A stretch of DNA of 64,000 bases. Source: an uncultured Acidobacteriota bacterium (GTDB taxonomy: Bacteria; Acidobacteriota; Thermoanaerobaculia; Thermoanaerobaculales; Sulfomarinibacteraceae). A program made the position numbers and the translations under genes. Under the pieces are notes generated by a model that saw only the letters and a list, made by a program, of their open reading frames with translations, was not told the DNA's origin and did no database searches. Shown here in pieces: positions 18,579 to 27,475 of this stretch; positions within the stretch are counted from its first letter, which is position 1; every line of letters starts with the position of its first letter. The stretch is from NCBI GenBank assembly GCA_963727925.1, contig CAVSIS010000051.1, forward strand, positions 147,522 through 211,521. Reading direction: 5' to 3'.

Positions 18579-19540
18579 GGCGTGGGCAGCTCCTGAAGGT
18601 CGACGGCCGCGGACTCGAACCAGCGGCCGGCCGCCTCGACGTCGCGCCGAATCTGCTCCATGAGCTCCTCAGATGTTGGGAATGCGCGCTCGGCCCGGAC
18701 CCTGGCGAAGAAGAAGAGACGCACTCGCTCGCCGTAGACGTTGCCCGCAAAGTCGAGCACGTGGCTTTCGATCGTCACCGTGTGCTGCGACGAAACGGTC
18801 GGTCGGATTCCGATGTTGGTGACCGATGGCAATACCTGCCGTTTGGACGGGATCCACACCGCGGTGACGTAGACTCCGCGGGATGGGAGGAGCTCATTGT
18901 CGAGCGCGAGATTGAGGGTCGGAAAGCCAAAGGTTCGGCCCAGCCTCCGGCCCTCGACCACGGTCCCATCGACGAAGAAGGGACGTCCCAACAGCGCGGC
19001 AGCCTCGGCGACGGTTCCTTTTTCGACCGCACTGCGGACGCGGGTCGACGACACCACCCCGCCCGCAACCTGCACGACCGGCGCGCCAGCGGCGACAAAA
19101 CCAAGTCGACGCCCCTCGCGCTCGAGCAGCTCCACGTCGCCCTTACGGTCGGCGCCGAACCGAAAGTTCGCTCCGATGTAAACCTCCCGCACCGCGAGGC
19201 GCTCCGTCAGGACCTCCGCGACGAAGGTCTCCGCTTCCATGCGAGCGAGCTCCCGCGTGAAGGGAACCACGAGCGCTACGTCGACGCCCTCCCGCGCCAC
19301 AAGCTCGAGGCGCTGATCGAGAGTGGTCAGGAGCGGTAGGGCGACATCCGGACGCAGCACCCGCACCGGGTGGGGATCGAACGTCATCAGCGCGGCGACC
19401 GTGTTCAGAGTGCGGGCCCGCTCTACGAGATGCTGGAGCACCGCCCGATGACCAAGGTGCACGCCGTCGAAGTTGCCGACGCTGAGCACGCTGCCCCGGG
19501 GTGGCCGGTCAGCGCCGAGGGGATCGTGCAGGATCTCCAC
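18569..19540 (-). CDS. ribF: Bifunctional riboflavin kinase / FMN adenylyltransferase
   Basis: 323 aa. The motifs are VLSVGNFDGVHLGHRAV, FDPHP and GFPTLNL, with a riboflavin kinase C-terminal domain. Confidence 0.9.
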   Translation of the reverse strand: MEILHDPLGADRPPRGSVLSVGNFDGVHLGHRAVLQHLVERARTLNTVAALMTFDPHPVRVLRPDVALPLLTTLDQRLELVAREGVDVALVVPFTRELARMEAETFVAEVLTERLAVREVYIGANFRFGADRKGDVELLEREGRRLGFVAAGAPVVQVAGGVVSSTRVRSAVEKGTVAEAAALLGRPFFVDGTVVEGRRLGRTFGFPTLNLALDNELLPSRGVYVTAVWIPSKRQVLPSVTNIGIRPTVSSQHTVTIESHVLDFAGNVYGERVRLFFFARVRAERAFPTSEELMEQIRRDVEAAGRWFESAAVDLQELPTPWR

Positions 19541-19551
19541 CCCCCCACCCC

Positions 19552-20967
19552 TCAGGCGAGCACTGGCAGACGAGTCCGAGAGTGAAGACGCGAAGGGAGT
19601 AGCTCGCGGGTCACGCGGCCGACGACGTCGTAGGGATGCGCCTCCGTCACTTCGACCTCGACCAGCGCCCCCGCCATCGCGGTTCCGTCGTTGATCAGCA
19701 GCCGGCCGTCGATCTGTGGTGCGTGGCGCGCCAGCCGGGCTGCCGTGAGAAGCTCCATCTCTTCCAGCGCGCCCTCTACCAGAGCCGGAAGGCGCCGGCC
19801 GACGAGCGCCTGGTTTCGGCGCCAGGATATCTCTTGTTGCGCCTCCATCAGACGCGCCCGCCGTTCCTCCTTGACCTCCTCGGGCACTGGATCGCCGAGC
19901 GCGGCGCCCGGGTTTTCCTCCTGCCAGGAATAGGAGAAGACGCCGACGTGATCGAGCTCGGCGCCAGCGACGAAGTCCAGCAGCTCGTCGAACTCCCGCT
20001 CACCTTCCCCAGGAAAACCAACGATGAACGTCGATCGCACGGCCAGGTCGGGCACGACCGCCCGAGCTCGTTCGATCATCGCCCGATAGGTGCGTGCATC
20101 CCCACCCCGGCGCATCGCCTTGAGTACCGACCGGCTGGCGTGCTGCAGCGGGATGTCCAGGTACGGCACGATCCGCGGTTGCGCCGCCATGAGTTCGAAA
20201 AGCCCATGGTCCAGGGTCGCCGGGTAGGCGTAGAGAAACCGGATCCAGGGAGCATCCGTGCCCGCGGCGATCGCTTCCAAGAGCACTCGGAGCCCGTGTA
20301 CGAGACCGAGGTCTTCTCCGTAGCGCGTAGTGTCCTGGGCGATCAGCACCAGCTCCTGGACGCCTTGCTCGACCAGGGCACGACCCTCGTTCACCAGATC
20401 GGCGACACGGCGCGAACGGAAGCTACCGCGCATCCGGGGAATGTGGCAGAAGGTGCAGGGATTGTCGCAGCCCTCAGCGACCTTGAGGAAAGCGTAGCCT
20501 CGGGTCGAAACGAGCCGCGGGTTCGAGTGGTCGTAGAGGCGCAGTGCACCACGCTGATCGGGCAGGTGCCGGTCGAGCTCACCTCGAACAGCCTCGACCA
20601 CTCTTTCGAGCTCGTCGAGGCCGACGAACGCGTCGATCTCAGGGACCTCTTTCTGCAGCTCTTCCGCATATGCCTGGGCCATGCACCCCGAGACCACCAG
20701 CCGGCGCACGCGGCCTGCCTTCTTGGCTTCGGCCACCTCGAGGATTGCCTCGATCGACTCCCGTTTGGCGTCAATGATGAAGCCGCAGGTGTTGACCACC
20801 ACCACGTCGGCCTCCGTCGGGTCCGCTGTGACGATTGCTCCGGCGCGTTCGAGGTGGCCAAGCATCACCTCGCCGTCGACGAGGTTCTTGGCACACCCGA
20901 GACCGATCATCCCCACACGGGGACCGTCCACCGATCGGTCCGTTTTCTGCAACGGATTCTCAGTCAT
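19552..20967 (-). CDS. rimO: Ribosomal protein S12 methylthiotransferase RimO (radical SAM)
   Basis: The motifs are VGMIGLGCAKNLVDGEVMLG, VVNTCGFIIDAKRES and the radical-SAM CDNPCTFCHIPRMRG, plus a TRAM C-terminus. I trimmed the start to ATG 20967, which has GGAGCGGGG upstream. Confidence 0.9.
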   Translation of the reverse strand: MTENPLQKTDRSVDGPRVGMIGLGCAKNLVDGEVMLGHLERAGAIVTADPTEADVVVVNTCGFIIDAKRESIEAILEVAEAKKAGRVRRLVVSGCMAQAYAEELQKEVPEIDAFVGLDELERVVEAVRGELDRHLPDQRGALRLYDHSNPRLVSTRGYAFLKVAEGCDNPCTFCHIPRMRGSFRSRRVADLVNEGRALVEQGVQELVLIAQDTTRYGEDLGLVHGLRVLLEAIAAGTDAPWIRFLYAYPATLDHGLFELMAAQPRIVPYLDIPLQHASRSVLKAMRRGGDARTYRAMIERARAVVPDLAVRSTFIVGFPGEGEREFDELLDFVAGAELDHVGVFSYSWQEENPGAALGDPVPEEVKEERRARLMEAQQEISWRRNQALVGRRLPALVEGALEEMELLTAARLARHAPQIDGRLLINDGTAMAGALVEVEVTEAHPYDVVGRVTRELLPSRLHSRTRLPVLA

Positions 20968-21042
20968 CCCCGCTCCAAGCTGCGGATTGTACCACCCGAA
21001 GAAAGCCACGGGCCGGCGACAAACTGTCCAGGAAAGTGCAGG

Positions 21043-22194
21043 CTAGCCGTTCGAGAGACGCGTCAGGAGGACCTCGGCAGCACGCCGCGAGGCGCCGGGA
21101 CCGCCGAGCCGTTGCCGCACTTCCGCTAGCCCGGCGCGCTGCGCGTCCCCGTCCGGGCCAGTCAGCGCTCTCACCGCTGCCGCCAGAGCCTTGCCGTTCC
21201 AGCCACTCTGAAGCAGCTCCGGTGCCAGTCGCCGCCCGGCGATGAGGTTCACCAGGCCCACGTGAGGAACCCGGACGAGTGCGCGCGCCAGAAGGTGGGA
21301 GAGCGGCTGCAGCCGGTAGCCCACGACCATCGGTACACCGAGGAGAGCACACTCGAGGGTTGCGGTCCCTGACGCCGTCAAGGCCGCACGACACCTGCCC
21401 AGCTCGGCGCGGCGGCGGACTCCGGTCGCGCGAATCAGTCGTGAATCACTGGCGAACCGCGCCTGGATCCGGTCGACCTCCGCGCCGATGCCCGGAGCCT
21501 CAACAAGAACGGCCCGCTTCACGGTGGACAACGGCAGTTCGGCCAGGGCATCGAGCATGGCCGGCAAGAGCTGCCGAACCTCCATGCGGCGGGAACCGGG
21601 CAGCAGGGCCAAGCAGCCGTCCTCGCCCGCGTCCCGAAAGGGATACAGACCTTCGCGAGCGAGATCGTCGACCAGCGGATGGCCGACGTAACGGGCGGGA
21701 ACCCCGGAGGCGGCGTAGAACTCGACCTCGAACGGGAGGATACAGAGGACCTCCCGCGCGACGCGGCGCACCACGCGAACCCTGCCCCTGCGCCACGCCC
21801 AGAGTTGGGGCGAGACGTACAGCACGACCGGAATCCCGAGGCCGCGCAGTCGTTCGGCGAGTCGGAGATTGAAATCGGGCGAGTCGACCAGCACCGCCAG
21901 AGCCGGCCGGCGGCGTGCCGCCTCGTCGACCAGGCGACGCATCACTCCCCGGATGCGTGGCAGCTCTCGCAGGACCTCGACCAGGCCCATGTGGGCGAGC
22001 TCGTCGGTGTGGGCAATCGGCTCGAGCCCTTCGGTCAGCAGTCTCTCGCCGCCGACTCCGAATGCGCGCAGCTCGGGGCGCAAACCGACGAGTTCGTGGA
22101 GGAGATTCCCGGCGTGGATGTCGCCGGACACCTCGCCGGCGACGATGAGCAGGCGGTCGGCGGCTGCGGTCACGGGACGGGGTACATCAACCAC
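21043..22194 (-). CDS. lpxB: Lipid-A-disaccharide synthase
   Basis: The motifs are LLIVAGEVSGDIHAGNLL, HMGLVEVL, DSPDFNLRLA and YVSPQLWAWR. The start is uncertain: GTG 22194, GTG 22173, or the ORF-track start at 22314. Confidence 0.88.
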   Translation of the reverse strand: MVDVPRPVTAAADRLLIVAGEVSGDIHAGNLLHELVGLRPELRAFGVGGERLLTEGLEPIAHTDELAHMGLVEVLRELPRIRGVMRRLVDEAARRRPALAVLVDSPDFNLRLAERLRGLGIPVVLYVSPQLWAWRRGRVRVVRRVAREVLCILPFEVEFYAASGVPARYVGHPLVDDLAREGLYPFRDAGEDGCLALLPGSRRMEVRQLLPAMLDALAELPLSTVKRAVLVEAPGIGAEVDRIQARFASDSRLIRATGVRRRAELGRCRAALTASGTATLECALLGVPMVVGYRLQPLSHLLARALVRVPHVGLVNLIAGRRLAPELLQSGWNGKALAAAVRALTGPDGDAQRAGLAEVRQRLGGPGASRRAAEVLLTRLSNG

Positions 22195-22338
22195 CCGAGG
22201 GCCAGCCCTCCAAGGACCATGATCAGAAACGTCTTGAGGAACAGCCTGCGCCGAGCGGGACCATCGGTGCGCCATAGGAAAGCGAAGAAGACCGCGACCA
22301 GGAAGGCGTGCCACAGGAGGAGCAGGAGATGGTCCATC

Positions 22339-22746
22339 TCAGTCCTTCTCCCCCCGCGCGATGTCCGAGACGTCGAGAACGCACAGAAGGTTCATCAGAC
22401 CGCCGGTGTAGAGGAACGTCTTGCCGTAGAGAAAGCCGACCGCGGTCGGGTCGCCGTGGCCGAAGCCTAGCAACTTGGCAACAAAGTACAAGCCGCCGTT
22501 TCCGAGGCACCCAAAGGTTGCGATCCACGAAAATGGATTACCCGCCGCAGGAACGGCGAGCTCGCCGGAGAGGACGAGCCCGGTAACGAACGCCGCCACC
22601 ACGAGCCCGGCAAACACGCCCGCACGAACCTTGCGCCCCAGAAGCAGGTGGCCGAGTCCCGGGAGCAGCCAGGAGCCCACGAGAAGGCCGATGGGCGCGG
22701 AGGATTCCCCGGCGTCTCTCTCCGACGAGCGTTGAGGATCGCTCAT
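22339..22746 (-). CDS. Small integral membrane protein (unknown function)
   Basis: I trimmed the start to ATG 22746 (MSDPQRSSERD). There are 3-4 hydrophobic helices (IGLLVGSWLLPGLGHLLLGR, GVFAGLVVAAFVTGLVL and others). No enzymatic motif is recognised. Confidence 0.5.
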   Translation of the reverse strand: MSDPQRSSERDAGESSAPIGLLVGSWLLPGLGHLLLGRKVRAGVFAGLVVAAFVTGLVLSGELAVPAAGNPFSWIATFGCLGNGGLYFVAKLLGFGHGDPTAVGFLYGKTFLYTGGLMNLLCVLDVSDIARGEKD

Positions 22747-22887
22747 CGCTGAGCCGCCTCGTGCTCGAGCCCGCAATTCTCACCACCTCGCTGCATCGCG
22801 AATACGCTGACTCGGTTCGACCCTCGCATCCGGCGGCGGTTGAGCGGCCGGATGGCCGTCGGAGTGACGCAGGCCCTCACCGCCGCC

Positions 22888-23172
22888 TCACCGCTGCAGC
22901 AGCTCTTCGCGCAAGTGCTTTCCAGGCTTGAAGAACGGGATCTTCTTCGGCGGTACCTCAACCTGGGCACCGGTCTTCGGGTTGCGCCCGACACGCTCAC
23001 CCCGCTGACGGATTCGGAACGAGCCGAAGCCCCTCAGCTCCACCTTGTCACTGCGGTGCAGGGCTGAGACGATGCTCTCCAGGACTACCTGCACCACCTC
23101 GTCCGCCTGTTTTCTTGCGATGTCGGCGTGGTTTGCAACCAACTCGACCAGGTCCGCCTTGGTCATCGTCAT
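22888..23172 (-). CDS. ihfB: Integration host factor beta / HU-family DNA-binding protein
   Basis: 94 aa after trimming to ATG 23172. KVELRGFGSFRIRQRGERVGRNPKTGAQVEVPPKKIPFFKPGKHLRE closely parallels E. coli IHF-beta. The cmk-rpsA-ihfB synteny is preserved. Confidence 0.75.
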   Translation of the reverse strand: MTMTKADLVELVANHADIARKQADEVVQVVLESIVSALHRSDKVELRGFGSFRIRQRGERVGRNPKTGAQVEVPPKKIPFFKPGKHLREELLQR

Positions 23173-23221
23173 GCCCGAGTCTCCCTTGTCGCACCCGGCG
23201 TCCAGACGCGGACGACGGTGG

Positions 23222-25357
23222 TCAGTTTTCCGACTTGCTGTCGTCCTCGCCGCCCTCTTCATCGCCGGGCTCCGGCTCGGGCGCCGCGTCCTCGTGCTCA
23301 GCGGCCTCGGCCTCCACTTCGACCTTCTCAGCTTCGGGCTCCTCGGCCTCGACTTCGGGCCCTGCAACCTGAGCCTCGAGCGTCGCGGCTTCAGCTTCTG
23401 GTTTTGCGACCTTGGCCTTGGGTTTCGAGGCCTTGGCCTTGGGCTTGGCGGCCTTTACTTCGGGCTCCGCGGCTTGAGCCTCGGGCTCCGCGGCTTGAGC
23501 CTCGGGCTCCGCGGCCTGGGCCTCGGGCTCCGCGGCCTGGGCCTCGGGCTCCGCGGCCTGGGCCTCGGGCTCCGCGGCCTGAGCCTCGGACTCCGCTGCC
23601 TCCGCCTCGAACTCGATGCTCTCAGTCTCTGCCGCCTGCTCAGCTTCCGGTTCCGGCAGCACACCGCCGGCTCGAAGAGCAGCCGCCATCGCTGTCTCGG
23701 GGAGGAACGCGGCGTGCTCCTCTCCCTCGACCGGCTCGTCGCCCACGTCACCATGCTCCTGATCAACCCCGTGCATCGACAAGCCGATCCGATTCTCGTT
23801 CCAGTCGATGCGCAGAATCCGGCAGCGCACTTTCTGACCGGACACGAAATGGTCCTGAAGTGACAGACCCGAGTCTCGGTCGATTTCGGAGATGTGGCAC
23901 AGGCCCTCGACACCAGGCGACAGCTCGACGAACACCCCGAAGTCAGTGACGTTGGTGACCGCTCCGCCGACTACGTCCCCGACCGAGTGGCGGTTCGCAT
24001 ACTCCTCCCACTCGTTCGGCAGGAGCTCCTTCATCGACAGCGAGATCCGCTGATTCACGACATCGACCGCGGAGATGACCGCATCGACCTCCTGGCCCTT
24101 CTGAACGACCTCCGACGGATGATTGATGCGTCGGGTCCAGGACATGTCGGAGATGTGCACGAGCCCGTCGACGCCGGGCACGATCTCCACGAAGGCCCCA
24201 AAGTCGGTCAAGTTGCGAACCACACCGTGGATTCGGCTGCCGACGCTGTACGTCTCAGCGACCTGCTCCCACGGGTTGGGCTCGGTGGCACGCAGTGAAA
24301 GCGACAGGCGGCGTTTGTCCGGGTCAACCTCGGAGACGACGACCTCGACCTCCTGTCCGACCTCCAGAATTGAACGCGGGTTCTTGATCTTCTTGGTCCA
24401 CGACATCTCGCTGACGTGGATCAACCCCTCGACGCCTTCTTCGAGGGCAACAAAGGCGCCGTAGTCGACGATGCTCACGACACTGCCGCTGACTCGCTTG
24501 CCGACCGGGTATTTCTCTGGAACCAGGATCCACGGATCCTCGAATCGCTGCTTGTAGCCGAGCGAAACCCGTTCCTTTTCGCGGTCGAACCGCAACACCA
24601 CCACGTCGACCTCGTCACCGACCCGGAAGTACTCGCTGGGATGTCCAACGCGCCCCCACGAGATATCGGTGATGTGGAGCAGGCCGTCGAGCCCGCCAAG
24701 GTCAACGAACACTCCGTAGTCGGTGATGTTCTTGACCGCACCGGTCACGACCTTGCCTTCTTCGAGATCGACCATCGTCGCTTCCTTGGCGCGCTGCTGC
24801 TCCTCTTCCAGGATCGCCTTGCGCGACAGCACGACGTTCGAGCGACGCCGGTCGAAGCTGATGATCCGGGCCTCGATTTCCGCGTTGAGATAGTCCTCGA
24901 GGCGGCGGTTCGGCCGAATATCAACCAGGCTACCGGGCAGGAAGGCGCGGACACCGATATCGACCGAAAGCCCGCCCTTGACTCGTTCGACGACCCGACC
25001 GGTGACTGGCTCGCCGCTCTTGAAGGCGTCCTCTATGGACCTCCAGGTCTTCAGCTTGGTCGCGCGCTCGCGCGACAACCGCAAGGTTCCCTCAAGCTCG
25101 TCGAGCCGCTCGACGAACACCTCGACCTCGTCGTCGAGGCCGATCATGACCTCGCCTGTCTTGCGATCGGTGAACTCCGCGATCGGAATCGAGCCTTCGC
25201 ACTTGAAGCCGATATCGACCATGACCTCGTCGTTTGTGACCGCGACTACTGTCCCGCGAACCACTTCACCTTCACGGAGGGCTTGGAGGGAGGACTCCAT
25301 CAGCTGCTCCATCGACAGCTGATCCATGCTCTCTGGGTTCTCCCGGTTACCGTTCAT
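23222..25357 (-). CDS. rpsA: 30S ribosomal protein S1 with long acidic repeat tail
   Basis: Six S1-domain repeats are present (e.g. GxVVxGxVxxVTDFGAFVEL). The start is ATG 25357 or ATG 25327 (MDQLSMEQLMESSLQ); the track start at 25462 would overlap cmk. The C-terminal ~175 aa is an AEPEAQA/KPKAK low-complexity tail. Confidence 0.9.
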   Translation of the reverse strand: MNGNRENPESMDQLSMEQLMESSLQALREGEVVRGTVVAVTNDEVMVDIGFKCEGSIPIAEFTDRKTGEVMIGLDDEVEVFVERLDELEGTLRLSRERATKLKTWRSIEDAFKSGEPVTGRVVERVKGGLSVDIGVRAFLPGSLVDIRPNRRLEDYLNAEIEARIISFDRRRSNVVLSRKAILEEEQQRAKEATMVDLEEGKVVTGAVKNITDYGVFVDLGGLDGLLHITDISWGRVGHPSEYFRVGDEVDVVVLRFDREKERVSLGYKQRFEDPWILVPEKYPVGKRVSGSVVSIVDYGAFVALEEGVEGLIHVSEMSWTKKIKNPRSILEVGQEVEVVVSEVDPDKRRLSLSLRATEPNPWEQVAETYSVGSRIHGVVRNLTDFGAFVEIVPGVDGLVHISDMSWTRRINHPSEVVQKGQEVDAVISAVDVVNQRISLSMKELLPNEWEEYANRHSVGDVVGGAVTNVTDFGVFVELSPGVEGLCHISEIDRDSGLSLQDHFVSGQKVRCRILRIDWNENRIGLSMHGVDQEHGDVGDEPVEGEEHAAFLPETAMAAALRAGGVLPEPEAEQAAETESIEFEAEAAESEAQAAEPEAQAAEPEAQAAEPEAQAAEPEAQAAEPEAQAAEPEVKAAKPKAKASKPKAKVAKPEAEAATLEAQVAGPEVEAEEPEAEKVEVEAEAAEHEDAAPEPEPGDEEGGEDDSKSEN
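23461..23607. repeat. 21-bp in-frame tandem repeat (6 near-perfect copies plus 1 degenerate) inside the rpsA tail
   Basis: The unit cgggctccgcggc(c/t)tg(a/g)gcct repeats head-to-tail from 23461. On the minus strand it encodes (AQAAEPE)n. Confidence 0.9.
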
Positions 25358-25436
25358 GTCCGAGTCGATGTTCAAGTCCTTCCCTCCTCGCTGGGCGCAC
25401 CTCGGGTGCACACCTAGCCTCCGTGATTTCGTGACC

Positions 25437-26177
25437 TTACGGCGTTCCCCCGGGAGTGTCAAGCTCCCCGTGCCCGGTTGTGGAGAGCTCGAGGAGAATC
25501 CGGTCGATGACCTCGTCCGGGCTCAGAACGGTGGTGTCGACCACCAGCGAACCCTGCGCGACCTGCAGAGGCGAGTCGGTGCGCGAACTGTCCTGGTGGT
25601 CCCGCTGCTCTTGCTCCCGCTGGATCGCGCCGAGGTCCTCCGCGATTCCGCGCATCGCCAGGTCCCGCTGCCTTCTGAAGGCACGCTCGCCCGCGGTCGC
25701 TGTCAGGAAAACCTTGAGATCGGCCTCCGGAACCACGACGGTTCCGATGTCGCGGCCCTCCAGCACGCCGCCGTGACGACGAGCCTGGTCGCGCTGCACG
25801 GGCACGAGTGCCCTCCGGACAGCACTGACGGCCGACACTGCCGACGCCATGGTCGAGCACTCGGGCGCGCGGATGACCGTGCTGACGTCCTCACCATCGA
25901 TCGTCACCATGGTGTCGCCGTTACCCGCATACACCTCGATTTGATGCCCGTCGACGAGCGACGCGAGGTGCGGTCCGTCGTCCTCAGTGAACGGCGGAGC
26001 CATTCCCGCGCGTCGAGCTAACAGTCCGACCGCTCGGTACATCGCACCCGTGTCGAGGTACGGTACGCCGAGCCGCGAGGCCAGCATCCGAGCGATGGTC
26101 GACTTGCCGGCTCCAGCCGGACCGTCGATGGCAATCACGAGGTGTCGTTGTGGTCGAGAAACGGGTGCTGGGGTCAC
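25437..26177 (-). CDS. cmk: Cytidylate kinase
   Basis: LVIAIDGPAGAGKSTIARMLASRLGVPYLDTGAMYRAV, with GRDIGTVV further on. GTG start at 26177. Confidence 0.92.
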   Translation of the reverse strand: MTPAPVSRPQRHLVIAIDGPAGAGKSTIARMLASRLGVPYLDTGAMYRAVGLLARRAGMAPPFTEDDGPHLASLVDGHQIEVYAGNGDTMVTIDGEDVSTVIRAPECSTMASAVSAVSAVRRALVPVQRDQARRHGGVLEGRDIGTVVVPEADLKVFLTATAGERAFRRQRDLAMRGIAEDLGAIQREQEQRDHQDSSRTDSPLQVAQGSLVVDTTVLSPDEVIDRILLELSTTGHGELDTPGGTP

Positions 26178-26327
26178 GTCGCTGCCGGGTCCTTTCCGGG
26201 GCGCACATTCTACAGGAAGCCAGCCCGGATTATTCGCCCGACTCTTGCTCCGGCCGACGGTGGCCGCCAGATCGGCGCCAGCAGTAGGGGGGTGGTAAGA
26301 AGTGCGGGCCTGCGATCCTTGGACGAC

Positions 26328-27386
26328 TCACGAGTCCGGGCCGTGCACCTCGACTGGAATGACGACCTCGGGACGGGCGGGCTCGTCCGTCGCGACGCGT
26401 ACCGTTGCCGAGACTCCCGACGACGGCACCTTGGACATGTCGGAGGCTACGAGCGCAATACGAATGAGGTGGGAAACCTGGGATCCCGAGCTGACCTGGG
26501 TCGCCCCGACCAGCTCCGGCACCGAGGAGAGCATGCCCGTGATGCGAAACGGTTTGCCTCCGTTGTGGCCGAGTCTGACGACCATCGAGTGGGGCTGGCG
26601 TGGATCGCTTCCGGTGCTCAGGTCCACCGTCTTCGGCGCCGCCGAGATCAAGGGACGGATACGGACCTGCACCGGGACCTGGATGAGCGGGCGCTCCGGG
26701 TGGTTGGTCGCCAGCTTGACGACTCCGTCGAACTCGCTGGCGGTCACCTCAGGCGCGACGTGGAGGCGCACCCACACGTCGCCAGGCGCGACGTTGGAAA
26801 GGCCCTCCGGCCGGTCGCCTTCGCCGACGCGACCCGACGTGATCTGGAGCAGCGTCGGCGCTGGGTTGTCGATCCGGGTGAGCTCGAGCGGCGTATCGGC
26901 GTCTCCTGTCAGTCGCAACCAGCGATCGATTTGCCGCCCCTCGACGCCGGCGACGATGACGCGGCCATTGGGCCGGACAACCACCGGGGCCGACACCTGA
27001 TACGAGAAGGACAGCCGGAGGTCCTCGCTTCCGGGTTCATCGGTGTGAACCGTCACGCCTTTCGAAAAGCGCCCGTTTTGGTTGGCTCCGGTGTGGACTC
27101 TCGCAACGAGCTTTCCCGACCCACCTGCCGGGATCACCGAGTCGACCTCGGCGATGGTGCAGCCTCAAGAAGGGTGGGCAGCCAGAATCCGGATCTCCCG
27201 CGAGGTCGGGTTGCTGAGTGTGAAGGTCGCGACCGCATCGTTGCCGGCACGGACCTTCCCGACGTCGACTCCCATCGACTCGACAGTGAGCCTCGACTTC
27301 ACCGATCCCCAGGTCGGATCCCCAGAGAACGCGGTGCCTGCAGCCGCAAGAGCGAGCAGCGCGGTGACAGCAACGGCACGATGCAT
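26328..27386 (-). CDS. Secreted DUF1573-family protein interrupted by one in-frame TGA (27165..27167): candidate selenoprotein, alternatively a pseudogene or assembly error
   Basis: ATG 27386 has GGGGGA 6 nt upstream. MHRAVAVTALLALAAAGTAFS is a signal peptide. The DUF1573 core reads VDVGKVRAGNDAVATFTLSNPTSREIRILAAHPS-TGA-GCTIAEVDSVIPAGGSGKLVARVHTGANQNGRFSKGVTVHTDEP. The frame continues into track ORF 26328..27137. Confidence 0.6.
27133..27155 (-). other. SECIS-like hairpin 9 nt downstream of the in-frame TGA
   Basis: In minus sense it reads AUCGCCGAG-GUCGA-CUCGGUGAU: a 9-bp stem with one G.U pair and a 5-nt loop that begins GU about 20 nt after the UGA. Confidence 0.35.
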
Positions 27387-27475
27387 GGTCGATCCCCCAT
27401 TCCTCCCGACCGAACGGGAGGCGCGACGAGTCATTCTACTCTCGACCTCATCGTGCGTTGAGAGTCCCCTGACCT

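Noticed and set aside
21033-21045. Shared 13-mer ctagcctgcactt (minus sense) after the lpxB stop and at 48826..48838, with a related tgcaggctag at ~50487
   Set aside because: A rough estimate shows that many identical 13-mer pairs are expected by chance in 64 kb of biased composition. No extended similarity or structure surrounds the copies.
23461-23607. The 21-bp repeat array as a CRISPR or other non-coding array
   Set aside because: The repeats are contiguous with no spacers, in frame, and encode the AQAAEPE tail of S1. No cas genes are present.
27402-27421. Hairpin CCUCCCG-UUCGGU-CGGGAGG in the 5' UTR of the DUF1573 gene as an SD-sequestering riboregulator
   Set aside because: The GGGAGG arm lies 15 nt from the ATG. 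The better-placed SD (GGGGGA, 6 nt upstream) is outside the stem, so sequestration of the functional SD is not supported.
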